Shown here: piece by piece, positions 40,098 through 48,983 of the stretch | How the letters are laid out: each line of letters begins with the position of its first letter | Numbering within the stretch: the stretch's first letter is position 1 | From: Bacteroidota bacterium | GTDB lineage: Bacteria; Bacteroidota; Ignavibacteria; Kryptoniales; JAKASW01 | Length of the DNA stretch: 64,000 bases | Direction of reading: 5' to 3' | Assembly (NCBI GenBank): GCA_021825585.1 | Contig: JAKAGT010000014.1 | Coordinates: 23,129-87,128, forward strand | Notes under the pieces: generated by a model | Seen by the model: only the letters and a program-made list of their open reading frames with translations | Database searches by the model: none | Told to the model about the DNA's origin: nothing | Translations under genes and position numbers: made by a program

Positions 40098-42362
40098 TTG
40101 AACAGAATAACTCTACTACTTGCTACCCTGGTGTCTGTCTCCTCATCTTTATTTGCGAGCCAGGACCGAGACTCGACTAATGCGACGCTCTTCGTCGTGA
40201 AAGCTGTCAAGGTGGATGGTAACGTTACTCTCACCGGTCGACTTACAGATCCATTGTGGAAATCGGCGCCGCGGGCTGAGCTCAACTACGAGATCCAGCC
40301 TGGAGATAACACTCCGGCCCCGCAGGCAACTACGGTGATGGTACTCTACAATTCACAGTACCTGTACTTCGGTTTTAATTGTCACGATACGAGTCCTTCT
40401 CAAATACGCGCTCATGTGACCGACCGGGATAATATTTTCCAGGATGATTTTGCCGGCGTAATTCTGGATACCTACGATGATCACCAAAGGGCGTACGAGT
40501 TTTTCGTGAACCCTTATGGAATTCAGGCTGACCTGATGAGGAACGGGAACAACGAAGATGCGAGCTGGGATGCGGTGTGGTATTCAAAGGCCGCCATGAA
40601 TGACAGCGGGTACACGGTTGAGATGGCGATACCTTTCAAGAGTCTGCGTTTCCCGACGTCGAAGATTCAGGATTGGGGATTAGAGATGTTCCGTAATTTG
40701 CCGAGAGACAGCCGGGTACAGATTTCCTGGGTCAAGTTGAATCTTAACGATGCTTGTCTTCTCTGCCAGACTGGTACACTGGAGGGCCTCAAGGGCCTGC
40801 AGTCGACGGGCTCATTGGAGGTTCTCCCGTACGCAATGGGGCTTGAGAGCGGAGGTATTTATAACACCGACGACCCGGAATCGCATTTCTCAAACGGACC
40901 GGTGAAGGGGAGAGTCGGCGGCGGGCTCAAGTATGCCCCGACGCCCAGTATGTCCCTTGAAAGCGTCGTCAATCCCGATTTCAGCCAGGTCGAGTCGGAT
41001 GCGGTCCAGATAAGTGTGAACACGACTTTTGCTCTCTTCTACCCTGAAAAGCGTCCCTTCTTCATGGACGGCAACGATATCCTCAGCACTCTGATTCAGG
41101 CGTATTACTCACGGATGATCAACGACCCCCTGGGGGCCGGAAAAGTGATCCAGAAATCCGGTCCATGGTCTGTGGCTTATCTTGCGGCCGAGGATGTCAA
41201 CTCGCCGTTCATCGTAGCCGGCGAGGAGGGAAGTGTTTCCGATAACAGCGGTGACAACACTTTCGCGACTCCGTTTCATTCGTTCTCAAACATATTGAGG
41301 GCCAGATATAACTTCGGCATCCAGTCCTTTGTCGGTGCGCTCGGGACGACGCGGAATTTTACGAATGCGCACAACTATGTCGGCGGTGTCGATTGGAATC
41401 TGTTCTTCTCACATAACTATACATTCGACGGGCAGCTCCTCCTTTCAAATACACGTGAATTGAACGATACAAGTCTCGTTTCCGATCCCACTTATTTCGG
41501 CAACACCCGGTTCACAAAAGCCTTTGACGGGCAGGAATATGACGGGACGGGGTTCCAGGCGGATTTCAGGCGGGACGCGAGGCACTACAGCTTCAGACTG
41601 ACTTATAAGGATTTCTCTCCGACGTTCCAGGCTGAAGACGGTTATGTCTTTTCAAACGACCTTCGGACAGCCGACATGGAACATTCGTTGTTCTTCTATC
41701 CAAATACCCCCCTTGTCGATAATTGGGGAGTCGATGTGGAATCCGGCCTGCACTACGATTACCAGGGGGTGAGGAAAGAGAGATGGGTTGTACCCACTCT
41801 CATCCTGAATCTCAAGAGCCAGACGCAATTGACCGCGAGCTACTTCCTGGTGAATGATGAGCTCTTCCACTCGGTGAATTTTACAAGAGTGAATAGGTGG
41901 CAGTTCCAGCTGGAAACGAACCCGATGAGCTCTTTGACTTTCAGCCTGAACGCGTCTGCCGGTAGATTCATTTACCGGGAAGACCAGCCGGCTTTAGGAG
42001 CCGGACACGACATCAGTGCCGAGCTGGTGCTGAGACCGACCGACAAACTCACGCTGACGATCGACTACGCAAGGTCGCGCCTGTCAGATATTGCGGGCGG
42101 AGAACTTCTTTTCGACGGATACATCTCGAGGGTCGAAGGCGTGTACCAATTCAGCGACAGGCTTTTTGTGAGGTTGATCGGCCAGTACGACGAGTTCAAT
42201 AAGGCAGTCGAGGTCGACCCGCTTTTCAGCTACAAACTGAACCCGTTCACCATCTTTTATGCGGGGTCGACACACGACATGCAGGATTACGGAAGGCCTT
42301 ATGGTGTCGTTCAGACTGCCAGGGAATTCTTCATAAAACTGCAGTACCTGTGGCGCAGCTAA
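40098..42362 (+). CDS. Secreted CBM9-like / DUF5916-type protein
   Basis: TTG start, signal peptide, and an N-terminal block (VDGNVTLTGRLTDPLWKSAP...YLYFGFNCHD...DDFAGVILDTYDD) that I recognise from CBM9/DUF5916 proteins. The long remainder is rich in beta strands. Confidence 0.55.
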   Translation: MNRITLLLATLVSVSSSLFASQDRDSTNATLFVVKAVKVDGNVTLTGRLTDPLWKSAPRAELNYEIQPGDNTPAPQATTVMVLYNSQYLYFGFNCHDTSPSQIRAHVTDRDNIFQDDFAGVILDTYDDHQRAYEFFVNPYGIQADLMRNGNNEDASWDAVWYSKAAMNDSGYTVEMAIPFKSLRFPTSKIQDWGLEMFRNLPRDSRVQISWVKLNLNDACLLCQTGTLEGLKGLQSTGSLEVLPYAMGLESGGIYNTDDPESHFSNGPVKGRVGGGLKYAPTPSMSLESVVNPDFSQVESDAVQISVNTTFALFYPEKRPFFMDGNDILSTLIQAYYSRMINDPLGAGKVIQKSGPWSVAYLAAEDVNSPFIVAGEEGSVSDNSGDNTFATPFHSFSNILRARYNFGIQSFVGALGTTRNFTNAHNYVGGVDWNLFFSHNYTFDGQLLLSNTRELNDTSLVSDPTYFGNTRFTKAFDGQEYDGTGFQADFRRDARHYSFRLTYKDFSPTFQAEDGYVFSNDLRTADMEHSLFFYPNTPLVDNWGVDVESGLHYDYQGVRKERWVVPTLILNLKSQTQLTASYFLVNDELFHSVNFTRVNRWQFQLETNPMSSLTFSLNASAGRFIYREDQPALGAGHDISAELVLRPTDKLTLTIDYARSRLSDIAGGELLFDGYISRVEGVYQFSDRLFVRLIGQYDEFNKAVEVDPLFSYKLNPFTIFYAGSTHDMQDYGRPYGVVQTAREFFIKLQYLWRS

Positions 42363-42595
42363 AGCGATCCATTCAATTGTTGTTGGATGATGCGGGATCT
42401 TACAGCAAAATAATCGATCACGCCGGGAAAACCAGTTCAGAGCCTTATCCGGACTTCTCGTGAGCAGTGGCGTATAGTGTTTGGCTTAACCTTCACTGAA
42501 GTCGTTCCGTCAGAAGTTTGGCCTATCCTGATATGCGGCCTGCCGCATCTCGTTTGATGTGCCTGGATCTTTTCTCCCGCTGAAGATGCGGTTTC

Positions 42596-42799
42596 TTATT
42601 GTCCGGTCGTATTCGGATCATATGGCACTATCCACCAGGCGATAAGGTATGTTATTAGTACCGGCACAACCCCAGTGACGAAGCATATCAGGACAGCGCC
42701 TAGTCTGACCAATGTCGGATCGATGTCCAGCATCTCCGCCAGTCCCCCGCAAAGCCCTGCTATTTTCTTATCAGTTCTGGATCTGTAGTATTTTGTCAT
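42596..42799 (-). CDS. PspC-domain membrane protein
   Basis: 67 aa with RSRTDKKIAGLCGGLAEMLDIDPTLVRLGAVL followed by one TM helix. AAGGAG Shine-Dalgarno. Confidence 0.7.
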   Translation of the reverse strand: MTKYYRSRTDKKIAGLCGGLAEMLDIDPTLVRLGAVLICFVTGVVPVLITYLIAWWIVPYDPNTTGQ

Positions 42800-42891
42800 T
42801 CTGTCAGCTCCTTTGCTCTTTCAGCCTGTTCGTTCAAATCTCTAAGACGATTATTGGAGCCCATGGTTACGACAGATTCTCCTGAAGAAGG

Positions 42892-42933
42892 AGCCGCAGC
42901 AGCTTTTCGAATTGGGTCGAGACCGCTGCGGCT
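42892..42933 (-). terminator. Hairpin after the cytochrome operon (possible terminator)
   Basis: AGCCGCAGC (42892-42900) pairs with GCTGCGGCT (42925-42933), a 9-bp stem around a 24-nt loop, 27 nt after the stop. On the minus strand it is followed by CUUCUUC. Confidence 0.3.
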
Positions 42934-42960
42934 AAAACCACTTTTCGACTCAGAGGCCAT

Positions 42961-43761
42961 CTAATGCATATTGCTCAGCTGCTTGCCATCGTAGAATCTG
43001 TCTTTATGTGAGAGAGAGTAGACGTAGTTTGCCAAATCCCATCTTTGCTTGTCGGTCAGTATTTGCGCGTATGACGGCATCGGGGTTCCGTTGAGCCCCG
43101 TACTGAAGATGAGATAGATCTTTTGCGGACTCCTTCCCATTTTGATATCCCAATAATGAGTCAGGTTCGTGGGTTGGATATGATGCCCCTCGTCATCTGT
43201 CACGGTAGGTGCAGCCGGACCGTTTCCTTCGCCGGTGATGCCATGGCAGCTCCAGCAATGCATGTTCAGGTAAACCTCGCGGCCACGCTCGATACTGTTC
43301 AACGTGTAAGGTATCGGAGTTGAAATCCTGACGGTGTCCAGCGGGTACTGGGACGAATCGCTGAAAGCCGGTGAGAGTGTCTTGATGTACTCTACAACCG
43401 AGTACTGATCTGCGATGCTCATTTGTGCGAAGGACGGCATTGCGGTGTGGTAAATGCCTGAATTTATTGTCCTTAGCAGGTCGTAGTTCGTGGGGAGCTC
43501 TCCGGAAGCTGTACTGCGGAACTTGTAAACTCCGAGTTTGAAATCTCTGGGCTTCGTTCGGAGGGAGACCGAGACGGGGCCGCTACCGTCACCGTTGTCG
43601 CCGTGACATGGTGCGCACGCCTCGTGATAAACTGCCTTGCCTCGCGCCACGCTCACCTGGTCCGAGCCGTTGAAACTCGTGGCGCAGGAGTATAGAGCGA
43701 GAGATAATGAAAAAGCCGCCACCAGTGCTGTAAATTTGCCAACTTTCGTTTTCATTTTCAT
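42961..43761 (-). CDS. Dihaem c-type cytochrome, probable lipoprotein
   Basis: 266 aa with the leader ..FSLSLALYSC. Two CxxCH motifs (CAPCH, CWSCH), each followed by a Met-Pro ligand motif (TAMPSF, TPMPSY). GGAAGGGGG Shine-Dalgarno, 9 nt after the upstream stop. Confidence 0.8.
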   Translation of the reverse strand: MKMKTKVGKFTALVAAFSLSLALYSCATSFNGSDQVSVARGKAVYHEACAPCHGDNGDGSGPVSVSLRTKPRDFKLGVYKFRSTASGELPTNYDLLRTINSGIYHTAMPSFAQMSIADQYSVVEYIKTLSPAFSDSSQYPLDTVRISTPIPYTLNSIERGREVYLNMHCWSCHGITGEGNGPAAPTVTDDEGHHIQPTNLTHYWDIKMGRSPQKIYLIFSTGLNGTPMPSYAQILTDKQRWDLANYVYSLSHKDRFYDGKQLSNMH

Positions 43762-43770
43762 CCCCCTTCC

Positions 43771-44982
43771 TCAGAATCCCACCAGAACGCCGAGTGTCGT
43801 CAGGGTCGTCTTCGTGTCGCTCCCGGCGGCAGGCGTGTTGTCGTCAAGATAGCTGAGCTCAGCATATGCGCCCACGTTCGGGGCAAAATGATAACGAATT
43901 CCTCCGGTCCATTGATTCTGCTTTTCACTTGTCTGATTCACATCGACAAAATCATATCTGCCGTAGATGAAAAATTTCTCCGGGACAATCAGCACATTCA
44001 GTCCAAGAAAACCTCCATCCATTGTCTGTTTTATCCCGACGATGTTGTCGTCCGTGGCGCTCATGTACTGGAACGACAGATCGAATCTCTTGGTCCAGGG
44101 GTCATTTGCCTCGACGGCAAATCCATATCGGTTCATATTATCGGTCACGTTGTTTACTGCAAGCTCCTTGCCCCCGTAGTAGTACAATCCTAATCTGAAA
44201 GGGGCGTTGTCGATGTAAGCGGTCTGTTCAAGCATCAGGAAGTTAGCTTCGTTTGAATTGAGGGGGTCACCTCCATCCGTTCCATCGCTTACTGCCGCTT
44301 CATAGCGGAGGCCGTCCAATATCTGAGGGAAGAAACCGTACACTGACGCGGCCCACTGCGGGTCGGCTATCAGCAGCGTACCACCAGCCGGGTTGTAGTC
44401 GTAGATGAGATAATCTGCAGATTCGACGATCGTCGTGTTGTCCGGAAATGTGTTCCACAGGCGGAAGCGCCCGAACCTGAAATTCAGATTGCTCTGCCCG
44501 TCGGGCCCCGCGAGATTGTTGAACATTATGCTCATCGTTTCTATCGAAGGCGAATACTGGCCCGGCCCGGTGATCCCAATGGGTGCGGCCAGAAAGTAAC
44601 TCAAGTGTTTCGCTATAGTCCCCGCGGTAAAAAGGTCAAGTCCGCTGGGTTGAAAGGTTAACTCGTTGCTCGATGTCTTAATGCCTCCTGTCGTCGTTAC
44701 GGTGTGTGCCGACACAAAGGACGGATAGAATACGAATGAGAGCGACAGCGGTTCCTGGGCCCAGATCGGTTCGGACTCGTCCGTTCCCGGCAGCTGGTAG
44801 CCGTTGATCTGGAAGCGTCTCCCGTAGTCGTTGAGGACCGGCGGCACGGTATGACATCTGAAACAACTGACATGGTATTTTCTTGCAAAGAGTGGGATAG
44901 CCCCGGCCTGATTCGTCGTAACCGCGACCGATGCTACAGCAAACCCCAATAGAATAGCAAAACGAAAGGGAACAAGTCTCAT
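43771..44982 (-). CDS. Outer-membrane beta-barrel protein with an N-terminal CxxCH (fused cytochrome-porin architecture)
   Basis: 403 aa: signal peptide (..TTNQAGA), C40-F-R-C43-H44 within FARKYHVSCFRCHTVPPVLNDYG, then an alternating-hydrophobic, Gly/Tyr-rich sequence ending ..TLGVLVGF. GGAGGG Shine-Dalgarno. Confidence 0.6.
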   Translation of the reverse strand: MRLVPFRFAILLGFAVASVAVTTNQAGAIPLFARKYHVSCFRCHTVPPVLNDYGRRFQINGYQLPGTDESEPIWAQEPLSLSFVFYPSFVSAHTVTTTGGIKTSSNELTFQPSGLDLFTAGTIAKHLSYFLAAPIGITGPGQYSPSIETMSIMFNNLAGPDGQSNLNFRFGRFRLWNTFPDNTTIVESADYLIYDYNPAGGTLLIADPQWAASVYGFFPQILDGLRYEAAVSDGTDGGDPLNSNEANFLMLEQTAYIDNAPFRLGLYYYGGKELAVNNVTDNMNRYGFAVEANDPWTKRFDLSFQYMSATDDNIVGIKQTMDGGFLGLNVLIVPEKFFIYGRYDFVDVNQTSEKQNQWTGGIRYHFAPNVGAYAELSYLDDNTPAAGSDTKTTLTTLGVLVGF

Positions 44983-45057
44983 ATTTACCCTCCGGGTAGT
45001 TTGTGCTTAAGCGGACAGTTGAATTCTAATCGTGCTTCGTAAATTCAGCCGTCGTCC

Positions 45058-45792
45058 CTATTTCAGAGTGAAATCGACGGTGGCGGTCTTGCCCGCAGTC
45101 ACGGTTACTTCCTGCGTCTCTTCGATTGGCTTGGAGAATTCCGGTTTCCCGCTTATGTCCTTGGTACCCCATCCTTCATGCCACATCACAATCTTGTATT
45201 TGCCGGCAGGAACGTCCGCGAGTTTAAATGCACCTTCTTTGTCCGTGGCAGTTGCGAATCCATCGCCGGAAACATAAACATAGCAATTCATCCACGGATG
45301 TACATCGCATCTCATCATATACATCCCAGGCTTTCTTACATGCTGCACGACCTTCATCCCCTTGACGGGTTCGGCAATATTGAATGCTGTCTCGTTATTT
45401 GAAGCGAAGTAGCCGTGAACATTATGGAACAGCGGGTCGCTGTTGGTAACGGTGAACGCCTCTCCATGATTCACCACAAGAACATGCGGATGATAGGCGC
45501 AGTCTTTCTGATCGATGTCATACTTCGATGGTGATACCTTTTCGGGTTTGGCCTTTGCTCCCTCGATGTAAACCACAGCATATTCAACGCCTCCTCCTTT
45601 GGAGACAATGAGTCTGTCGAGAGAAGCCTCGTTGCCGCACACGTTGTTGTTGTACGTTACTTTATATGGCTTCATAGTCGGGGCCGACCCGGCGAATGTC
45701 ACTGTTCCTTGCACCGTGCCTGTCTGTCCATAGGCAAGTCCAAAACCTAACAATACTGCAAAAATGGATGTGATGATCTTGTGGGCTTTCAT
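45058..45792 (-). CDS. Periplasmic cupredoxin-like (type-1 copper) protein flanked by Ig-like segments
   Basis: 244 aa with a signal peptide. Ligand-like pattern FHNVHGY ... MRCDVHPWM (His; Cys-x2-His-x2-Met). AAGGAG Shine-Dalgarno. Confidence 0.7.
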   Translation of the reverse strand: MKAHKIITSIFAVLLGFGLAYGQTGTVQGTVTFAGSAPTMKPYKVTYNNNVCGNEASLDRLIVSKGGGVEYAVVYIEGAKAKPEKVSPSKYDIDQKDCAYHPHVLVVNHGEAFTVTNSDPLFHNVHGYFASNNETAFNIAEPVKGMKVVQHVRKPGMYMMRCDVHPWMNCYVYVSGDGFATATDKEGAFKLADVPAGKYKIVMWHEGWGTKDISGKPEFSKPIEETQEVTVTAGKTATVDFTLK

Positions 45793-46055
45793 TCTAATTT
45801 ACTCCTTATTCTGTTTACCAGTTCTTTCCAAATACAACCTGGATGTAAGGACTATAATGAAACTTTCGTTCTATTAGTTCCTTATTGCGGTAAATAGAGT
45901 TGAAATCATTGCAAATTAGAGGGGATCTGGCGAGCTGGACATCGAGGAGTGAGGCGGTTGGGGGAATACTTCCATGTCGTCGACCGCCAGAATGCTCGAC
46001 AGGTTCCTTCCCAGGCGTGCAATTCAGGAACAGCCTGTCTTAAAACGGATAGAAA

Positions 46056-48116
46056 TTATTCTTCTCCGCGAATAGACCTATACTTCTTCAGCTTGCCTTC
46101 TACGACCGCTGCCAGCAGATCCGGATCAACCGGCTTGGTCAGATAATCGTCGACGCCAAGCTGAACCCCGGCTCGAACAAAGAAACTCTCGTGCATACCG
46201 CTTATCAGTATGAAGGGTACCTTCTTCAGGTGAGGAATTTTCTGTACCTGTTCATAAAACGAAAAACCATCGCCCTCCGTCTCCGAGAATAAGACGTCTG
46301 AGATGATTATGTCCACGTTCGTCGTCTCGAGGACTTTCAAGGCGGCGGTAGGGCTATTGCCGGTCAGGACACCGTACCCATATCCCTCGAGCACCTTGGT
46401 AACTGTGTCGAGAAGTTCGTGGTCGTCATCGACCAGCAAGATCACTCCTTTCAACACTGCCCGTTGGAAGGCAGCGAATATGAAAGGTCCAAGTTTAGAA
46501 GACTCCTTCCCTGTGATCTGGTATTTAGATTTAAGCTCTTCGAGGGCCCCCTCTTCATCCGACCTGATTCGCCCGTTTTTTATTTCTTTTTCGACCTCCG
46601 TCGTATAAGCCTGCAGCCTGATCTTGCTTTCGCACTCAAGATGGTCCTCGAAGGTTAACTCGAGGATCTCACGCAATTGCATCAGTTCCACGGCGGTATC
46701 TTCTGTAATCGGCGGACTGGCCCACGCCTTTCTGAGCCGCCCCCGGTAAATCTCGAGCTTCTGTTCGAGAGTGTCGGGAAGTTTGACGCCAAGCAATTTC
46801 AGTCTCTTCTCAAGTCCGTACTCGACTTCGCTTGTTGCTTCGTCCAGCCGAGCCTCGAATTCTCTCTCCATCTCAGCCTTCAGGGCAGCCCTCGTCTCAT
46901 TGAGCTTTCGCTGTTCTTCCTCTACGACACGCTTCCTTTCCATCTCGAGCTTGGTCTGGCTCTCCACTATCTCCTTTTTCATCCGCATCTCTGTTTTCTC
47001 GCGGGCGGCTCTGAGTTCGGCTTCAAGCTTAGTATCGTATTCGGCCTCGAGCTGCTTCCTCATCTCACTTTGCTTCTTCCCGAGTTCATTCCGTTCATTC
47101 TGGTTTATTTCGTCCAGACGTTTTTTCAGTCCGGCCTGCGACTCGAGTTCAAGCTTTTTGTATCTCTCTTTGTACAGGTTTTCAAGCTTGTCCTGCTGGA
47201 AATTGATTTCAGCCTCGATATTCTTCTTGTCTGCCTGCCACTTTTCGTCAAATTCCTTTTGCAGACGTGCCCGGACCTCTTCAATCGATCTGTCCCGTTC
47301 TTTTGCCTGCTCGGCTATGGTAGAGGCTTTTACCCTGGCAATCTCTTCGGAGAGTTTTTCCTCGAATTCTCCCTCCATCTGCTTCTTGCTGTCTTCGATC
47401 GCCTTCCGCTGTTTTTCCAGCAGGCTCTGTTTTTCCTTTACAGCCGATTCCCTCAGCTCAAGCATCGATTTCTCGTAAAGCGAACTCATTTCGGATCGGG
47501 TTTCTTCTTCAGCCTTCTTACGTTCGCTGGCAAGCTGCTGTCGAAAGGCCGCCTCCATCTTCTCGACCTCGATTTCAAAGTTCTCCTTGTACTGCTTCTC
47601 CAGATCTTTTCTGAATCGCTCCTTTTCCTTCTCAAGGCTCGCGATCAAGGAGGCACGTTCAGCTTCCTGCCATTCCCGTTCCTTCTTCAAGGCGCCTGCA
47701 ATTCTCTGTTCGGCCTTTCTGATTTCATCGGTGAATTTCTTGTTGTATTCTCCTTCGAGCTTCTTCTCGATATCTGCCCGAATTGCCTCCTCATTTATCT
47801 GTGGTTTCTCTTCCTTCGGCTTGGTCTCTTTCTTCCCGGGAATTTCCTCCTGTTCCACCTCTCCCTGCGGCTGAACTTCTACAGGCGTCCTGGTGCCCCC
47901 TTTTTCGAGCGCCTGGAGTCGTTCCTCAAGTGCCAGCGCGTAGCCGTTGTTTGGATCGACCGCTCGAACGGATTCGAGCTCCTCTCTCGCCTCTACGTAT
48001 TTGCCTTCTCTAATGTTCTTGTCGGCCAGACGCAGGTGTGTTGCGATTTCCTGCCTGGTACTATCGGACGATTCTGGCGGTACCTGTTTGGGACCTTGAT
48101 TCCTCTTGAATAGCAT
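46056..48116 (-). CDS. Response regulator: N-terminal TPR-like motif, very long E/K/R-rich coiled coil, C-terminal receiver domain
   Basis: 686 aa. The REC domain has the canonical residues (LLVDDD, IIISDVLF, ILISG, YLTKP). No DNA-binding or enzymatic output domain is recognisable. Confidence 0.75.
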   Translation of the reverse strand: MLFKRNQGPKQVPPESSDSTRQEIATHLRLADKNIREGKYVEAREELESVRAVDPNNGYALALEERLQALEKGGTRTPVEVQPQGEVEQEEIPGKKETKPKEEKPQINEEAIRADIEKKLEGEYNKKFTDEIRKAEQRIAGALKKEREWQEAERASLIASLEKEKERFRKDLEKQYKENFEIEVEKMEAAFRQQLASERKKAEEETRSEMSSLYEKSMLELRESAVKEKQSLLEKQRKAIEDSKKQMEGEFEEKLSEEIARVKASTIAEQAKERDRSIEEVRARLQKEFDEKWQADKKNIEAEINFQQDKLENLYKERYKKLELESQAGLKKRLDEINQNERNELGKKQSEMRKQLEAEYDTKLEAELRAAREKTEMRMKKEIVESQTKLEMERKRVVEEEQRKLNETRAALKAEMEREFEARLDEATSEVEYGLEKRLKLLGVKLPDTLEQKLEIYRGRLRKAWASPPITEDTAVELMQLREILELTFEDHLECESKIRLQAYTTEVEKEIKNGRIRSDEEGALEELKSKYQITGKESSKLGPFIFAAFQRAVLKGVILLVDDDHELLDTVTKVLEGYGYGVLTGNSPTAALKVLETTNVDIIISDVLFSETEGDGFSFYEQVQKIPHLKKVPFILISGMHESFFVRAGVQLGVDDYLTKPVDPDLLAAVVEGKLKKYRSIRGEE

Positions 48117-48260
48117 GCTTGCTCCCTAGGATCTTTAGGTAAACTGCAACGCCTTATGCTGATTGAACTTGGCAATCAGACCGGCATTTCTCGATCTGTG
48201 GTGAAGCTGCGGGGTCCCTATCTGTTCTGCCTTTCTAAGAATTTTCAAGTGCATACTTTG

Positions 48261-48926
48261 TCATCCGTTATCCGCGGCGTGGTGCTTAATTATCTTCGCA
48301 TCGACCAGGAACACTACATCCTCGGCAATGTTTGTAGCATGGTCCGCAATCCGTTCGATGTGTTTGAGGGCGACGATCAAATGCGCTCCCGGTTCGACAA
48401 AATCCGGGTTCTTCTTCATCTCGCCTATAACGAAATGGAATTTCTGCCGGTTCATTTCGTCCACGACATCGTCCTCTTTACATATGCGTCGCGCCAGTTC
48501 GGCGTCTGCATGGATAAATGAATCTATGCTGTCGTGTACCATACGTCTTGCTACGTCGCCCATCTCGAGTATCGCCGTTGCCCGTACAAACCCGTGGTAG
48601 TTCTTCAGCGGTTCCACGCGCTGCGCTATGTTGACGGCCACATCTCCTATCCTCTCGAGCTCATGGTTGATCTTAATGGCGGACACTACGAGGCGCAAAT
48701 CTGTGGCGACGGGCTGTTCCAGTGCCATGATCTCGTCTACCTGCTGATCCAGAAGGTTATCGAACTGGTTCACCTTTTTTTCGCTTTCATATACCTTTTC
48801 GGTCTCCCCCACATCGCCGTCGTGAAGTGCCCGAAAGGCAAGATCAAGTTGCGAATCGACCAAACTCCCCATCTTTATAAGGTTGGATCTGAGTTTCTCC
48901 AGCAGATCCTCGAAATGCCTGTGCAT
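48261..48926 (-). CDS. phoU: Phosphate signalling complex protein PhoU
   Basis: 221 aa with two PhoU repeats (ELERIGDVAVNIA / HIERIADHATNIAEDV). Confidence 0.9.
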   Translation of the reverse strand: MHRHFEDLLEKLRSNLIKMGSLVDSQLDLAFRALHDGDVGETEKVYESEKKVNQFDNLLDQQVDEIMALEQPVATDLRLVVSAIKINHELERIGDVAVNIAQRVEPLKNYHGFVRATAILEMGDVARRMVHDSIDSFIHADAELARRICKEDDVVDEMNRQKFHFVIGEMKKNPDFVEPGAHLIVALKHIERIADHATNIAEDVVFLVDAKIIKHHAADNG

Positions 48927-48983
48927 AAGATTCTCTCCTTAGTCGAGTGGGAACAATAAGTCCCACACTTTTAAAATTACACT

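Noticed and set aside
46677-48113. A 478-aa plus-strand ORF, plus a nested 235-aa ORF, lies opposite the response-regulator gene.
   Set aside because: It is a shadow of the GAA/AAG-rich coiled-coil coding sequence. The translation is monotonous L/F/S-rich with no start context, and the minus-strand ORF has a canonical REC domain.
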